From: a virus
Lineage: Duplodnaviria > Caudoviricetes
Direction: 5' to 3' (one strand)
Length of the DNA: 64,000 bases
IMG/VR virus record: IMGVR_UViG_2930248008_000005
Span: 1-64,000 of that record
Shown: positions 1-9,570 of the stretch, one piece after another
Layout: each line of letters begins with the position of its first letter
Position numbering within the stretch: the first letter of the stretch is position 1
The notes under the pieces: model-generated
What the model was told of the DNA's origin: nothing
The model's database searches: none
Seen by the model: only the letters and a program-made list of their open reading frames with translations
Program-made: the position numbers and the translations under genes

Positions 1-402
1 TCAGGCGGTGAAGCCGTCCGCCGGCGGCGTCGGCCGCGGTGCGGTCAGCGCCACCCTGACGGCAGGGTTCGGCGGATCGAGTCGCATCGGCAGCTGGGCG
101 AGCAGTGCCGCGACGATCATCGCCCCGTTGGTGACGTAGCCGATCTTGCCGGAGCGCTCGCCATCGTGCTTGAGGCTGTAGCTCGTGGGCCACAGCCCGC
201 CGTCCGGCAGCGGGTGCAGCGTCAGGAGCCAGTCGTAGGCCGACTGGATGTCGGCGACCTGTCGGCGAAGCCTCCGCCGCGAGATGTCCAATTCCTCCGC
301 GGTGTCGGCATCCGGGTGGTTGTAGCCGTATTCGCCGAGGGTTGGGTGTTCGTTGAGGATCCGGTCGACGTCGTCGAGGGTGATCTTGCGGGGCTCGCTC
401 AC
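1..402 (-). CDS. Hypothetical phage protein (SYxLKH...YVTNGAMI motif)
   Basis: ORF 1..456; AAGGAG RBS precedes GTG at 402. Confidence 0.7.
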   Translation of the reverse strand: MSEPRKITLDDVDRILNEHPTLGEYGYNHPDADTAEELDISRRRLRRQVADIQSAYDWLLTLHPLPDGGLWPTSYSLKHDGERSGKIGYVTNGAMIVAALLAQLPMRLDPPNPAVRVALTAPRPTPPADGFTA

Positions 403-610
403 GGGTCGCTCCTTCGGGGACGGTCCGGTCGTCAGGGTAGTCCGGCCATGTCTCATGTAGGCGATGTCGGCTCACAGCCAAACCCGATCACGAAGGGTGC
501 TCGGGCGGCTGCAATCTGCTCTGGGCGCTAGGAGTCACCGTGTGGTAACAGATGGCAACGACGGCTCGTCTTGGGCATCGTCCGTACCTAACAACCATTA
601 GGATGCATTC

Positions 611-1777
611 GTGAGCACAGTGGAAGTAGCGACTTTCGTCGATGAAGCCGAGGCTCGATTCTGGGACGCGGTGAATCGGGCATACGAGTTCACAGACGGT
701 CTTTCCAACCTCAAGACCCGCGAAGAGTACAGAGGCGATCTCTTCGGGTGCAGGTACCCAAAGCATGGGTGCAAGCACGAAAACCCCGACAGGCACAATC
801 CCCTAGCTTTCCTCCCATGGTGTCACCGATGGGGCATCAACCCCATGTCGGTCACCAAGGCTGAGCTGAAGCGGTGGGTGGCCGAGTTGGCATCCAGCGG
901 GCAGGCGTCCGGCACCCAGGCGCGTCGAGTCTCTGCGGTCTCCTCGTTCTACGACTCGCTCTTCGCCGACGAGATCATCGACGTCAACCCCACCCACCGA
1001 CTCCGGGCGAAGGAGAAGCCGAAGCGGCGCACCCCGGGCACCGCCGGGCGCGCCCTCAACGACGCGCAGGCTCTGGCGCTGCTCGACGCGGCCGAGACCG
1101 ACTCCGGCCCGCGTCGCATGCCCGAGCGCAGCGCACTGCTCATCGCGCTCATGCTGTGCGCCGGCATGCGCGTGTCGGAGGCGATCAATCTGAAGATCGA
1201 GGGCTACCTGGCCGAGGGTGACCAGGGAGCGCAGATCACCTACGTGGCCAAGGGCGGCAAGACCATCACCAAGGCAGTGGACCCATACGTCGACGAGAAG
1301 ATCCGGGCCTGGCTGGCGGTCCGGCCAGCGACCAGCCAGCTGCCCGCCCTGCAGGCCGGCGCCCGCACCGCCAAGCGAACCCTGCTGTCCACTGAGGGCG
1401 GCCAGCCCCTGACGAGGCAGACTGCGTACCGCCTGGTCAGGCGACTGGGTGAGGCTGCTGGCATTCCCGGCACACTCTCGCCGCACGACCTGCGTCGCAC
1501 CTACGCCTCCATCAGCATCCAGGAGGGCGTCTCGATCCGTGCGCTGCAGCTGGACATGGGCCACGCCAAGTCGGAAACCACCGAGGGCTACGACCGCAGC
1601 CACCATCGCCCGGAGAACGCTCCGACCTTCACGGTCGGCCGCCGACTCGCCCGGGTCCGCGAGGAGCGCGAGCGCCTGGGCAGCGCCTTCGAGGAGTGGG
1701 CGGAGGAGAGCGTCGAGCTGGCCGAGGCCTCCGTCGCCGTCGCTGCCGAGCTGTGGGAAGACCTCGACGACGACTGA
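611..1777 (+). CDS. int: Tyrosine recombinase/integrase (XerC/D-like)
   Basis: Catalytic motifs GMRVSE, KGGK, PHDLRR, MGHA, TEGY; SAM-like N-terminal region (TQARRVSAVSSFY). Confidence 0.92.
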   Translation: MSTVEVATFVDEAEARFWDAVNRAYEFTDGLSNLKTREEYRGDLFGCRYPKHGCKHENPDRHNPLAFLPWCHRWGINPMSVTKAELKRWVAELASSGQASGTQARRVSAVSSFYDSLFADEIIDVNPTHRLRAKEKPKRRTPGTAGRALNDAQALALLDAAETDSGPRRMPERSALLIALMLCAGMRVSEAINLKIEGYLAEGDQGAQITYVAKGGKTITKAVDPYVDEKIRAWLAVRPATSQLPALQAGARTAKRTLLSTEGGQPLTRQTAYRLVRRLGEAAGIPGTLSPHDLRRTYASISIQEGVSIRALQLDMGHAKSETTEGYDRSHHRPENAPTFTVGRRLARVREERERLGSAFEEWAEESVELAEASVAVAAELWEDLDDD

Positions 1778-1904
1778 GAACCGAGCACTCTGACCTGCGA
1801 CAACGACTTCAGCGCGCTTCTGGCGGCCAGTCGGGCGGGCGGTACCGGGGACACCGGCGACCGCCCGTTCGGCCGCCTGCGGCCACACCCCCGGAAGCGT
1901 CGGG

Positions 1905-2285
1905 CTACCGCTCAACGAAGAGGGGCAGCCGATTCCGCTCGTATCGTGCAACTGCGGCGCTCATGAGCCGCTGGCGTTCCTTCGTCGTCAGCGACGCGCG
2001 GTCGTTGTTCTCCAGCCAGGTTGTGTCTTCCAGATGGCGTGGATTCACGCACCTCTGCCGCTCACAGAGGTGGTCGACGCTGGTTGGCCATGCCCCGTGG
2101 AACACGACGAAGCTGAGGCGGTGCCCTCGGATGCGCGATGTGCTGGCGACCCAGTTGTCCGCGTTCGGATGTAGGTGCGCGATGTGCCGCCTGACGGCCG
2201 GCAGCGCCGAGTAGGGCTTGCCGTACACCCCGGGCGCTATCCAATGACTCAGCTCGCGACCCTCGCGGGGTAGCAGTCGGATCAT
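1905..2285 (-). CDS. HNH endonuclease (free-standing, homing type); start uncertain
   Basis: GHRLSF...VDHLCERQRCVNPRHLEDTTWLENN motif; locally lower GC. Confidence 0.8.
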   Translation of the reverse strand: MIRLLPREGRELSHWIAPGVYGKPYSALPAVRRHIAHLHPNADNWVASTSRIRGHRLSFVVFHGAWPTSVDHLCERQRCVNPRHLEDTTWLENNDRASLTTKERQRLMSAAVARYERNRLPLFVER

Positions 2286-2351
2286 CTGTCGAGTCCTTGC
2301 GACGTAGAAGGCTACGTCCTGGCTGGGCCAGTAGGTTGGCCAATACCCTTC

Positions 2352-2621
2352 GTGATCGCGGACAAGGAAGCCTCGTTCGCCAGCTGGCTCGACCAAGTCG
2401 AGCCGGACGTCTGCGTCGCTGTTCAGCGCGATGGCGAAGCCCTCAGGGGCCAGCTCGTGCACTGCTGCGCGCGGGGCGTCCCTCAAGATCCTGCGGACCC
2501 AACGGCTCGCGACGGCATCCGCCACATCCTGACGGCTGCCAACGGTGTGGGTGCGCACCGTCGGCAGGTACGCGGCGCGGCCGGGGAGCATGCGCGACAG
2601 TCTACGGCGGCGACCGCGTGA
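2352..2621 (+). CDS. Hypothetical protein
   Basis: 89 aa ORF with CC/C-H residues, co-oriented with the downstream run. Confidence 0.45.
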   Translation: MIADKEASFASWLDQVEPDVCVAVQRDGEALRGQLVHCCARGVPQDPADPTARDGIRHILTAANGVGAHRRQVRGAAGEHARQSTAATA

Positions 2622-2666
2622 CCCGCCGGATTGCCGGAACCAGCGAAGATCGTCACCCTCGCCCCC

Positions 2667-3038
2667 ATGACCACGCCGCATCCCCTGGCGGGCCCTACGC
2701 TCGGCGGCTGGCTTCAGGAGCAGATCTACGCCGACCAGCGCGAGGCCGCCGCTGCACACGCCGACGACTGCGCGGCCTGGACGATCGCCAGGCAGCAGGA
2801 CGACGCCCAGAAGCTCCTCGGTCCAGCCTGGTGCACGTGCCCGGCGAAGCAGGCGCTGCGCGAGGCCTCCAGCAAGGCGCACATCCTCGGGGCCGCAAGG
2901 CCGATGCACCTGTTCGAGGATGAGACCGCCTCCAGGTGGGGCTGGCAGATCATGCTCCACCTGTCCATCCCCTACGTCGACCGCCCCGGCCGCTCGACGG
3001 TGCTCCCGCAGGGCCGCTTCACGAGGTGGCGGCGATGA
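2667..3038 (+). CDS. Hypothetical protein
   Basis: ORF whose stop overlaps the next start (ATGA). Confidence 0.65.
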   Translation: MTTPHPLAGPTLGGWLQEQIYADQREAAAAHADDCAAWTIARQQDDAQKLLGPAWCTCPAKQALREASSKAHILGAARPMHLFEDETASRWGWQIMLHLSIPYVDRPGRSTVLPQGRFTRWRR

Positions 3039-4165
3039 GCGACGACGCACTGGCCAGCATCGACGCCGCAGTGGCCGAGGCCCGCCAGGACGAGTGCGCC
3101 TGCGGCTGCGACGTCGCGCTCACCGACGCCAGCCCCAGCCTCTACTTCGCCAGCGAGGCCTGCGCGACGAGCTACCGCCGCCAGCAGGCCGCAGTGGCCG
3201 ATGGCGACACCGAGCGCGCCGAGGAGATGCGCCGGCAGCGGCGCGAAGACCCGGTCGAGCGCATGCACCGACAGGCCGACGAACGCTGGTCGACGGCGCT
3301 GCGGGAGCGACCGGATGCCCCCGAGCGAGCGCCCGGCGAGCTAGCCATGACCGTCGAACAGGCCGTCTCCATGCTCGGCGACGGCGACCTAGCGGACGCG
3401 CTGCGAATGGAGTCGGACAACCCGCTGGCGTACCTGCCCCCCTGTGCTGGCTGCGCCCGCCGGGACGCCCCGGACATCCTCGTCGTCCAGGGCTTCGGCT
3501 GCGAGCGCCCGTTGCGCACCTGGCGGCGATGCCCGCACTGCGGCGGCACGATGCCGCCGGCCGACCTGTCGGCGACGGTAAGGCGCAGACTCACCAGCGG
3601 AGGTCTGCAACTGGCGCTGCGCTACGGCGACGACACCGTGCTCATGCTTCTTGCTCCGGACAGTCTGTCCCGCTACGCCAGTCTCGACCGTCCATGGCGG
3701 GAGCTGGAGACGATGCTGTCCCTGGCGGTCCGCCTGCCCTGGGACTACCCGCTGTCGGACGTTCTCGCCGACGTGCAGCAGGAGGCCATCCGCGTCGCCG
3801 AAGAGGGGCAGGGGCGGGTGTTCTGGGCACCCCTCGACGAGGGGGGCCGCCCGAGCCGCGACGGCTGGGTTGAGGTCGGGTACACCTCCGACGAGGGGCT
3901 CGTGGTCGACGAGTCGCGCGGCTGGCATGGCCGCGAAGGCGCGTCAATGGACGCCACCGTGAGGTCGAGGCACCGGATCCCCCAATCGATTGCTGTCTCC
4001 GTCCGCCTGGCCGCAGAGCAGATGCGCAGGCTCGTCGCCCTCATGTCCGGCATGACCGACGCCTTCGCCGCGCAACGAGCCATCGACGCGAAGCGGAACC
4101 GCCAGCACGGGCCGCAGCGCACGCAACGAGCGCCGAGGCGCATCGACCCCACCCGACGGCGATAG
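3035..4165 (+). CDS. Hypothetical protein with CxCGC and CxxC Zn-binding motifs
   Basis: ATGA coupling; CACGC, CAGC, CPHC motifs. Confidence 0.7.
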   Translation: MSDDALASIDAAVAEARQDECACGCDVALTDASPSLYFASEACATSYRRQQAAVADGDTERAEEMRRQRREDPVERMHRQADERWSTALRERPDAPERAPGELAMTVEQAVSMLGDGDLADALRMESDNPLAYLPPCAGCARRDAPDILVVQGFGCERPLRTWRRCPHCGGTMPPADLSATVRRRLTSGGLQLALRYGDDTVLMLLAPDSLSRYASLDRPWRELETMLSLAVRLPWDYPLSDVLADVQQEAIRVAEEGQGRVFWAPLDEGGRPSRDGWVEVGYTSDEGLVVDESRGWHGREGASMDATVRSRHRIPQSIAVSVRLAAEQMRRLVALMSGMTDAFAAQRAIDAKRNRQHGPQRTQRAPRRIDPTRRR

Positions 4166-4185
4166 CCGACCGACAGGAGCAGAGC

Positions 4186-4434
4186 ATGAGCATGATCGAC
4201 TACGCCGGCCAGCGGCGGTTCGTTGCCGGGCGCATCCGCTACGCCACCGCGCCGGAGCCCGGCACCATTCTCGGCCCGAACGCGACCCGGGAGCACCTCG
4301 TCGTGCTCGGCCAGGACGGCCAGGACACGCTGCTCGGGTACGCCACCGACGAGGACCGCAGCCTGGCCTTCCGGCACGCCCTGCTCGGGCCCGGTCCGCG
4401 CAGCGTCACCGAGTTCCAGATGGCCCGGGGATGA
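4186..4434 (+). CDS. Hypothetical protein
   Basis: AGGAG RBS; ATGA overlap with next gene. Confidence 0.7.
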   Translation: MSMIDYAGQRRFVAGRIRYATAPEPGTILGPNATREHLVVLGQDGQDTLLGYATDEDRSLAFRHALLGPGPRSVTEFQMARG

Positions 4435-4613
4435 TCGACCTCAAGCCGAACAGGGAGTACGGCGAGGGCGGATGGGTCTCGCTGGAGTCCGTGATGGAGC
4501 AGTTCAGCACCGACCAGTGCGAGTTCGATGCCAGCAGCTGGCCCTGGCGGTGCGAGCGTGGGCAGCACGTCGCGTCCTGCGCCAACCGGCGCCGGGAGGA
4601 GCCCGGGGCGTGA
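4431..4613 (+). CDS. Small hypothetical protein
   Basis: Coupled by 4-nt overlaps on both sides. Confidence 0.6.
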   Translation: MIDLKPNREYGEGGWVSLESVMEQFSTDQCEFDASSWPWRCERGQHVASCANRRREEPGA

Positions 4614-5200
4614 GCGGCCACGAGGCAGAGATCGCCGCCCTGCTCGCCTTCGTCGAGAAGCGCCTGGACGAGGTCGAGCTGGTTGCCCGGATGGCCGACG
4701 CCGGCCGCGTGTGGCGCAACGGCAGCGACATCGAGGCGGGTCACTTCGAGCCGGAGACCGTCATCGCCATGAACCATGCCGGCCAGCCCGGATGGTTGGT
4801 GGCCGAGGCGTACGCCGGCGACGTGGCACGCAGCGCCGGCGCGGTCGCCGCGCACATCGCCCGCCACAGCCCGTACCGCACGCTGCGGGAGGTGGCCGCC
4901 GTCCGGCATCTGCTCGCCCGCTGGCGGAAGGAGATCCGCCGCCGCGACGCCAACGCCGAGCTGCTCAGCGCGCTGGTCGCGCTGCCGCAGGAAAAGCCCT
5001 ACGACCACACGATGATCGAGCAGACCCGGGCCGAGGCCTGGATGCTGCGCGGCCGGATCTGGGCCCTGACGTACGCCCTGATGCTCGAAGGCCGCAAGCA
5101 CGAGGACCATCCCGACTGGCGGCCCAGGTGGTGCCCCGAGCGGCTATTCCCGCCGGCCTACACCTGCCCCTGCCACCCGCCGCTGATCGAAGAGAACTAA
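4610..5200 (+). CDS. DUF6221-like actinophage protein
   Basis: AHIARHSPxRTLREVAAxRxLL and HEDHPDWRPRW motifs; GTGA overlap. Confidence 0.7.
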   Translation: MSGHEAEIAALLAFVEKRLDEVELVARMADAGRVWRNGSDIEAGHFEPETVIAMNHAGQPGWLVAEAYAGDVARSAGAVAAHIARHSPYRTLREVAAVRHLLARWRKEIRRRDANAELLSALVALPQEKPYDHTMIEQTRAEAWMLRGRIWALTYALMLEGRKHEDHPDWRPRWCPERLFPPAYTCPCHPPLIEEN

Positions 5201-5203
5201 GGC

Positions 5204-5503
5204 ATGCATGCCCGTCGCCCCCTGATCGACATCTACCCCGTCGGCGTCCTGGCGTGCCTGCTCGGCTTGGGTCGAGCCTTGCGCGCCCGCCACCGGGACG
5301 CGATCTACGCGGCCTACAGCAACTGCCGGCGCGAGGTCCGCTACGTCGTCCGCAGCGTTCGGGCCCGCAACTGGCGTGTGGCGAAGAACTCGTTCAACGG
5401 CTACCTAGCCGAACACCGCTTCAGGGGCACCCGCTGCGGCCACGGCTGGACGAGACGCCGTGCGCTTCGAGACCTACGCCGGCACCTGGCCGGGCGCGAC
5501 TGA
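5204..5503 (+). CDS. Hypothetical basic protein
   Basis: ORF directly after previous stop. Confidence 0.55.
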   Translation: MHARRPLIDIYPVGVLACLLGLGRALRARHRDAIYAAYSNCRREVRYVVRSVRARNWRVAKNSFNGYLAEHRFRGTRCGHGWTRRRALRDLRRHLAGRD

Positions 5504-5625
5504 CCGGTGGTGCGGCGGGCGCTCCAAGCCCCCCGAGCGCCCGCCACGGTCCCCCCAGTGCGCCTCACGGCGCTGGACCACCACCCACGATAACGGCACC
5601 GCCGCCGGCGGGATCGGAGAAGAGC

Positions 5626-6504
5626 ATGATCGAGCACGCGTGCGTGCTGTGCGCCGTCTACCGGCGCGACGCCGAGCCCCGGACCTACGAGCGCGCCCAC
5701 GTCGACGAGGGCTGCCGCCACCGACTTCGGACCGAAATCAGCAGCGTTGAAGAACTGTTCGAGCGGCTGAACCACGGAGACCTGGCCGAGGTCGACGACC
5801 GCGTCTACGCGGTCCGCGACGCCAAGGGTCAGCTCACCGGAGAGGTCCGGCGCGCCGACCCGACGTCACTGCTGGGCGGCATGGCCCCCACCCCCGCGAG
5901 GTCAACGCAGCCGGCGGTGTCCGGATCCCGGGAGCGGCAGCTGCCCATCAACCCCGACGTCATCGACCTGCTCGCACCTTCGCGGCGAGGTGTCGTCCGC
6001 GACCCCGAGGGCGACCAGGTCGGACGACTGTCTGTCGCCACCGTTCTCGACGACATCGTGCACGACTGGCGAGACGAGCTGTTCCCCGACAAGCACCTGC
6101 CGCCGGCGACGGTGCCGCTGCTGACGAGCTGGATGCTCGACCGGTACGACGTGGCCTGCGATCGACACCCCGCCATCGCCGACCACGCCGGCGAGATCCG
6201 CCAGCTGCGCACCGCACTACACGGGGCACTCGGCGAGACCGAGCCGCTGCCCGAGGTGATGTGGGGCGTGCTGTGCCGCACGGAGGGCTGCGATGACGTC
6301 TCCCAGCTCGTCCGCAGGCCGGGCAGCGACTACATCGAGTGCGACGCGTGCTTCCGGCTCTACACCGAGGAGGAGTACCGCGAGTGGACCCAGCTGCTGG
6401 CCAGGCAGGTTCGCCCGAAGGGGCGCCGACGCGCGACGGGCCTTCCCGAGTGGGCGACCACCACGGCCGCGGCGGCCGAGCCCAGCGGAACGGAGCAGAT
6501 GTGA
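5626..6504 (+). CDS. Zn-finger-containing phage protein (possible transcription regulator)
   Basis: GGAG RBS; N-terminal CxxC and C-terminal C..C/CxxC motifs. Confidence 0.65.
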   Translation: MIEHACVLCAVYRRDAEPRTYERAHVDEGCRHRLRTEISSVEELFERLNHGDLAEVDDRVYAVRDAKGQLTGEVRRADPTSLLGGMAPTPARSTQPAVSGSRERQLPINPDVIDLLAPSRRGVVRDPEGDQVGRLSVATVLDDIVHDWRDELFPDKHLPPATVPLLTSWMLDRYDVACDRHPAIADHAGEIRQLRTALHGALGETEPLPEVMWGVLCRTEGCDDVSQLVRRPGSDYIECDACFRLYTEEEYREWTQLLARQVRPKGRRRATGLPEWATTTAAAAEPSGTEQM

Positions 6505-6896
6505 GCACCCCGAAGAGCGTCGAGGGCATCGCGCGCAGCTACGCGCATGAGCTGATCCGCCTCGGTGACGGTCTGTGTGAGCGTGCCGGGGTCGCGCCAG
6601 CGCTGAGGCGTCCTGCCGGCGCCAGTCCTGTCGATCACGCTCTCGCAATGATCGATCTGCTCGCCTACGAGCGGCGGATCCTCGGCCAAGCCCGGCGGGT
6701 GCTCGACAGGGTGGCTGACCACTTGCACGATCCCGCACTGCGGCGCGCGGCCGGCGGGATGGCGCAGGCGATCGTCGACGAGATCGGCCATGCGGTCACT
6801 GACGAGCCGGCGCTCGGGCAGTCGTACCGCGAGCAGCTCGCCAAGGTGCAGGAGTGGCTGGACGCGTGCCCGATGCCGAGCGGGTGGCGGCCGTGA
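6501..6896 (+). CDS. Hypothetical protein
   Basis: GTGA overlaps on both sides. Confidence 0.65.
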   Translation: MSTPKSVEGIARSYAHELIRLGDGLCERAGVAPALRRPAGASPVDHALAMIDLLAYERRILGQARRVLDRVADHLHDPALRRAAGGMAQAIVDEIGHAVTDEPALGQSYREQLAKVQEWLDACPMPSGWRP

Positions 6897-7153
6897 GCGA
6901 CTACCTGCACATGCCGCTGGCGCTCACCTACCTCGCGGTGGCGATCGGCATCAACGCCGGCCCTCGTCCCGCAGACCGGGACCTGCTGTGGGCGTCCTCC
7001 GTGCTCGCCGCGGCCGAGGCTGCCGTGACGATCGACCTGGATCGGTGGGCCGCCGCCGCCGTGTGGATCCTCCTGTTCGGGCTGCACTGCGAGGAGCTGG
7101 GGCGGGCGTACCGCCCCAGCCTGTACCACGAAGTCGGGCCGTGCCGTGCCTAG
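6893..7153 (+). CDS. Small membrane protein
   Basis: Hydrophobic segments; GTGA overlap. Confidence 0.6.
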   Translation: MSDYLHMPLALTYLAVAIGINAGPRPADRDLLWASSVLAAAEAAVTIDLDRWAAAAVWILLFGLHCEELGRAYRPSLYHEVGPCRA

Positions 7154-7538
7154 CATCGTCATCAAGCCGGACCGCGATCGGGACCTCTACGTCTACTGGT
7201 CGACGGTCGTCGAGGCGCCGGTCGCGTGGGGAGATCGGGCGTCGATGCTCGACCATCTCACCAGCGAGTTTCGGCGACACCATCCCGGCGCCATCCCCGA
7301 CTCGATTTCCGACCCTGGCCGGCGTCTTGATCGAGCCGACCTGAATGGCACCTCCGCCGCTGGTGGCTTCGCGTTCTTCGGTCGATGGGACGACGACGGG
7401 CTCATCTACGAGCAACGCGGCATCCTCCCCCGTCACCACCTGGCGCGAGCGTGCGAGCTGTTGGAGGCCGGCCAGGACGCCGAGGTGTGGGACCTCCTGG
7501 AGCCGTTCGAGGACGAAACGGAGGTGCGCCGTGGGTGA
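7146..7538 (+). CDS. Hypothetical protein
   Basis: Overlapping coupled ORF, normal composition. Confidence 0.7.
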   Translation: MPSIVIKPDRDRDLYVYWSTVVEAPVAWGDRASMLDHLTSEFRRHHPGAIPDSISDPGRRLDRADLNGTSAAGGFAFFGRWDDDGLIYEQRGILPRHHLARACELLEAGQDAEVWDLLEPFEDETEVRRG

Positions 7539-7752
7539 GCCACCCTTCCGCGTGGTCAGGATCCACGCCTCGCACCTACCCGAAGCTGAAGACGAGCGCC
7601 TGATCGTCGACGTCACCTACTGCAAGGTGTGCTGCCGCGCCGTCGCAACCGCCCTGCGTGGGCCGACGCGAGCAGGAAAGGCGGGCTGCGAGGGGCCCGG
7701 CCGGATCGGGTTCCGGTTCAACGGGCAGGTCGTTCAAGGAGAGGTCGTGTGA
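7531..7752 (+). CDS. Small hypothetical protein (CxxCC)
   Basis: GGAGG RBS before GTG at 7531. Confidence 0.5.
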   Translation: MGEPPFRVVRIHASHLPEAEDERLIVDVTYCKVCCRAVATALRGPTRAGKAGCEGPGRIGFRFNGQVVQGEVV

Positions 7753-7937
7753 GCTTCATGGACTGGTTCGTTGCCATCGGGATCACGCTGACCGTCGTCG
7801 AGCTTGCGGCGCTCGCCGTCATGGCCGGGTGGTGGTTCGGCAGGACGCTCTCGGAGGTTCGGCAGATCGACCGGAAGGTTGCCGCGGAGCGCGCAAGGCT
7901 TGCCGCCGAGTGCCGGGCTCGTGAGAGGCGCTCGTAG
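7749..7937 (+). CDS. Small single-pass membrane protein
   Basis: N-terminal hydrophobic helix; GTGA overlap. Confidence 0.6.
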   Translation: MSFMDWFVAIGITLTVVELAALAVMAGWWFGRTLSEVRQIDRKVAAERARLAAECRARERRS

Positions 7938-8039
7938 CCGCGCGGCCAAGGCTCGATTCATGAGTCGACCTCGCGGTATGCTCTCTTCGGTCAAGCGTTC
8001 TAATGGGGACACCCACCTGGTCGGCGGAGGACGGTCAGC

Positions 8040-8816
8040 ATGGAGAGGTTCTTCGTCGCAGACGGCGCCCTTTACGGCCCGCCCCCACCCGCGTACTGCG
8101 AGCTGTGCAAGATGGGCACGCAGAAGGTGGTCACCTCAACTCCTCACGGATGGGCCTGGCAGTGCCGCCGCTGCATGACCATCTGCGACGAGCACCGGTG
8201 GGAGTTCGACCCGACCGTTGCGCCGGACGGCCGCGCGGAGTCCATGCTCGCGATCAAGACCTTGCAGCAGCTCGTCATCGGGTTGCGTCAGGGACAGGAA
8301 GGGCCCATCGACCCCGAGGACCTCTACGAGGTCGTGCGTCCGTACTTCGCGGCCGGCTGGTGCGTCCGCGACGTCCACTACGCGCTGAGCCACCTGCCTG
8401 ACGGGGAGGAGCACGAAGACTCCGGCTGGAACAGCCGACTTCCCCGCAAGTATGCCCTCTACCGGGTGCGCCGCAGGCTGCGCGCCTGGCGCTGGTCGGA
8501 CCGCGAGGATAGCGACGAAGACCACGTCCTGGAGGGCGGCTGGACCTCCATGCGCAAGGCCATGGAGCGCGCCGCCCGGGAGCAGGCGGCCCACCGCGCG
8601 GAGATCGAAAATGATTGGCACATGCAGCGCACCGCCGCTCGCGCTGCAGTCAATGGCGGCGGTCGAGCCACCGCGCAGGCTGTGGCTGCGGGCATCGCGG
8701 CCCGGTCCCGGCTCCGCAAGTCTCAGAGCAGGGAGCGCGAGCTGGCCAACGTGCGGCGCGAGCTGGAGGAGGCCCGTCACTACCCGGGCCCGCTGGGCGG
8801 GCTCCGGCCAATCTGA
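8040..8816 (+). CDS. Hypothetical protein with N-terminal Zn ribbon
   Basis: GGAGG RBS; CELC...CRRC. Confidence 0.7.
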   Translation: MERFFVADGALYGPPPPAYCELCKMGTQKVVTSTPHGWAWQCRRCMTICDEHRWEFDPTVAPDGRAESMLAIKTLQQLVIGLRQGQEGPIDPEDLYEVVRPYFAAGWCVRDVHYALSHLPDGEEHEDSGWNSRLPRKYALYRVRRRLRAWRWSDREDSDEDHVLEGGWTSMRKAMERAAREQAAHRAEIENDWHMQRTAARAAVNGGGRATAQAVAAGIAARSRLRKSQSRERELANVRRELEEARHYPGPLGGLRPI

Positions 8817-8828
8817 ACGCCGCAACGC

Positions 8829-8872
8829 AAAAAGCGCCCCCGCCCGGACCCGGAGGTCCAGACGGGGGCGCT
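8829..8872 (-). terminator. Intrinsic terminator of the minus-strand late operon (possibly bidirectional)
   Basis: AGCGCCCCCG...CGGGGGCGCT hairpin with A-tract on + (U-tract on -), between convergent genes. Confidence 0.75.
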
Positions 8873-8885
8873 GACATGGTGCGGT

Positions 8886-9257
8886 CTACAGCTCGGCGAC
8901 CGAGGCGTCCTCGACGGGCGCGGCCGGCCTGACCGGCGCGGTGATCTGGGTGCGTTCGAACATGCCGAGCGCGACGCCGACGAAAGAGAGCAGGACGGCC
9001 TGGTCCTCGGCGGACATGTCGAGCCCGAAGCCCACCGCGGCGGCGAGCGCCGCCTGGGCGAGACCGAGCAGCGCGGCGACCTGGCCGTCCTTGACGGCGA
9101 TGAACGCGACCAGGACGCCGACTGCGGCAGCGGCCACCGTGTTCAGCACGGCCTGCTGGTCCACGGTGAGGTCGAAGAGAAATGCGGCGACCATCTTGAT
9201 CACCGCGGCGGCGAGGGCCAGGAAGATGGCCGGGTCGCGGCCGAACAGCTTGGGCAC
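8886..9257 (-). CDS. Holin-like membrane protein
   Basis: FGRDPA N-terminus, several TM helices, RxQITAP C-terminus; lysis region. Confidence 0.75.
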   Translation of the reverse strand: MPKLFGRDPAIFLALAAAVIKMVAAFLFDLTVDQQAVLNTVAAAAVGVLVAFIAVKDGQVAALLGLAQAALAAAVGFGLDMSAEDQAVLLSFVGVALGMFERTQITAPVRPAAPVEDASVAEL

Positions 9258-9352
9258 GGATGCTCCTTGAATGGAGGGGCCGCCAGCCGGGCGGCGTAGC
9301 GCTTTTGTCGCTCACCGGACAGTTCGATGTCGCCCGAGTGAGGTATGGTCAC

Positions 9353-9513
9353 GGCATCCCCGCCAACGCGGGGGTAACCCAGGGGAACGGCCTAGCTAGA
9401 ACCCCTGTCCCCACGCACGTGGGGGTGATCCACTGATGTGTTTGTTGAGAGAGGTTGCCGTCCCGGCCGATTCGCGGGACTGCAAGATTCCCCGCCCACG
9501 CGGGGTGCGCCCT
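9353..9513 (+). CRISPR. Degenerate mini-array of three type I-E-like CRISPR repeats, no cas genes
   Basis: GGCATCCCCGCCAACGCGGGGGTAACCCA (9353-9381), CCTGTCCCCACGCACGTGGGGGTGATCCA (9404-9432), AGATTCCCCGCCCACGCGGGGTGCGCCC (9485-9512); gaps of 22 and 52 nt. Confidence 0.6.
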
Positions 9514-9570
9514 TCGAGGCGAGGCTCGCAACACCATCGCAGCGCCGGATGGCCGGCGCAGTCGCACATG

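Noticed and set aside
1778-1900. attP/attL site next to the recombinase
   Set aside because: No duplicated core, tRNA fragment or host junction is visible in the window, so it cannot be supported
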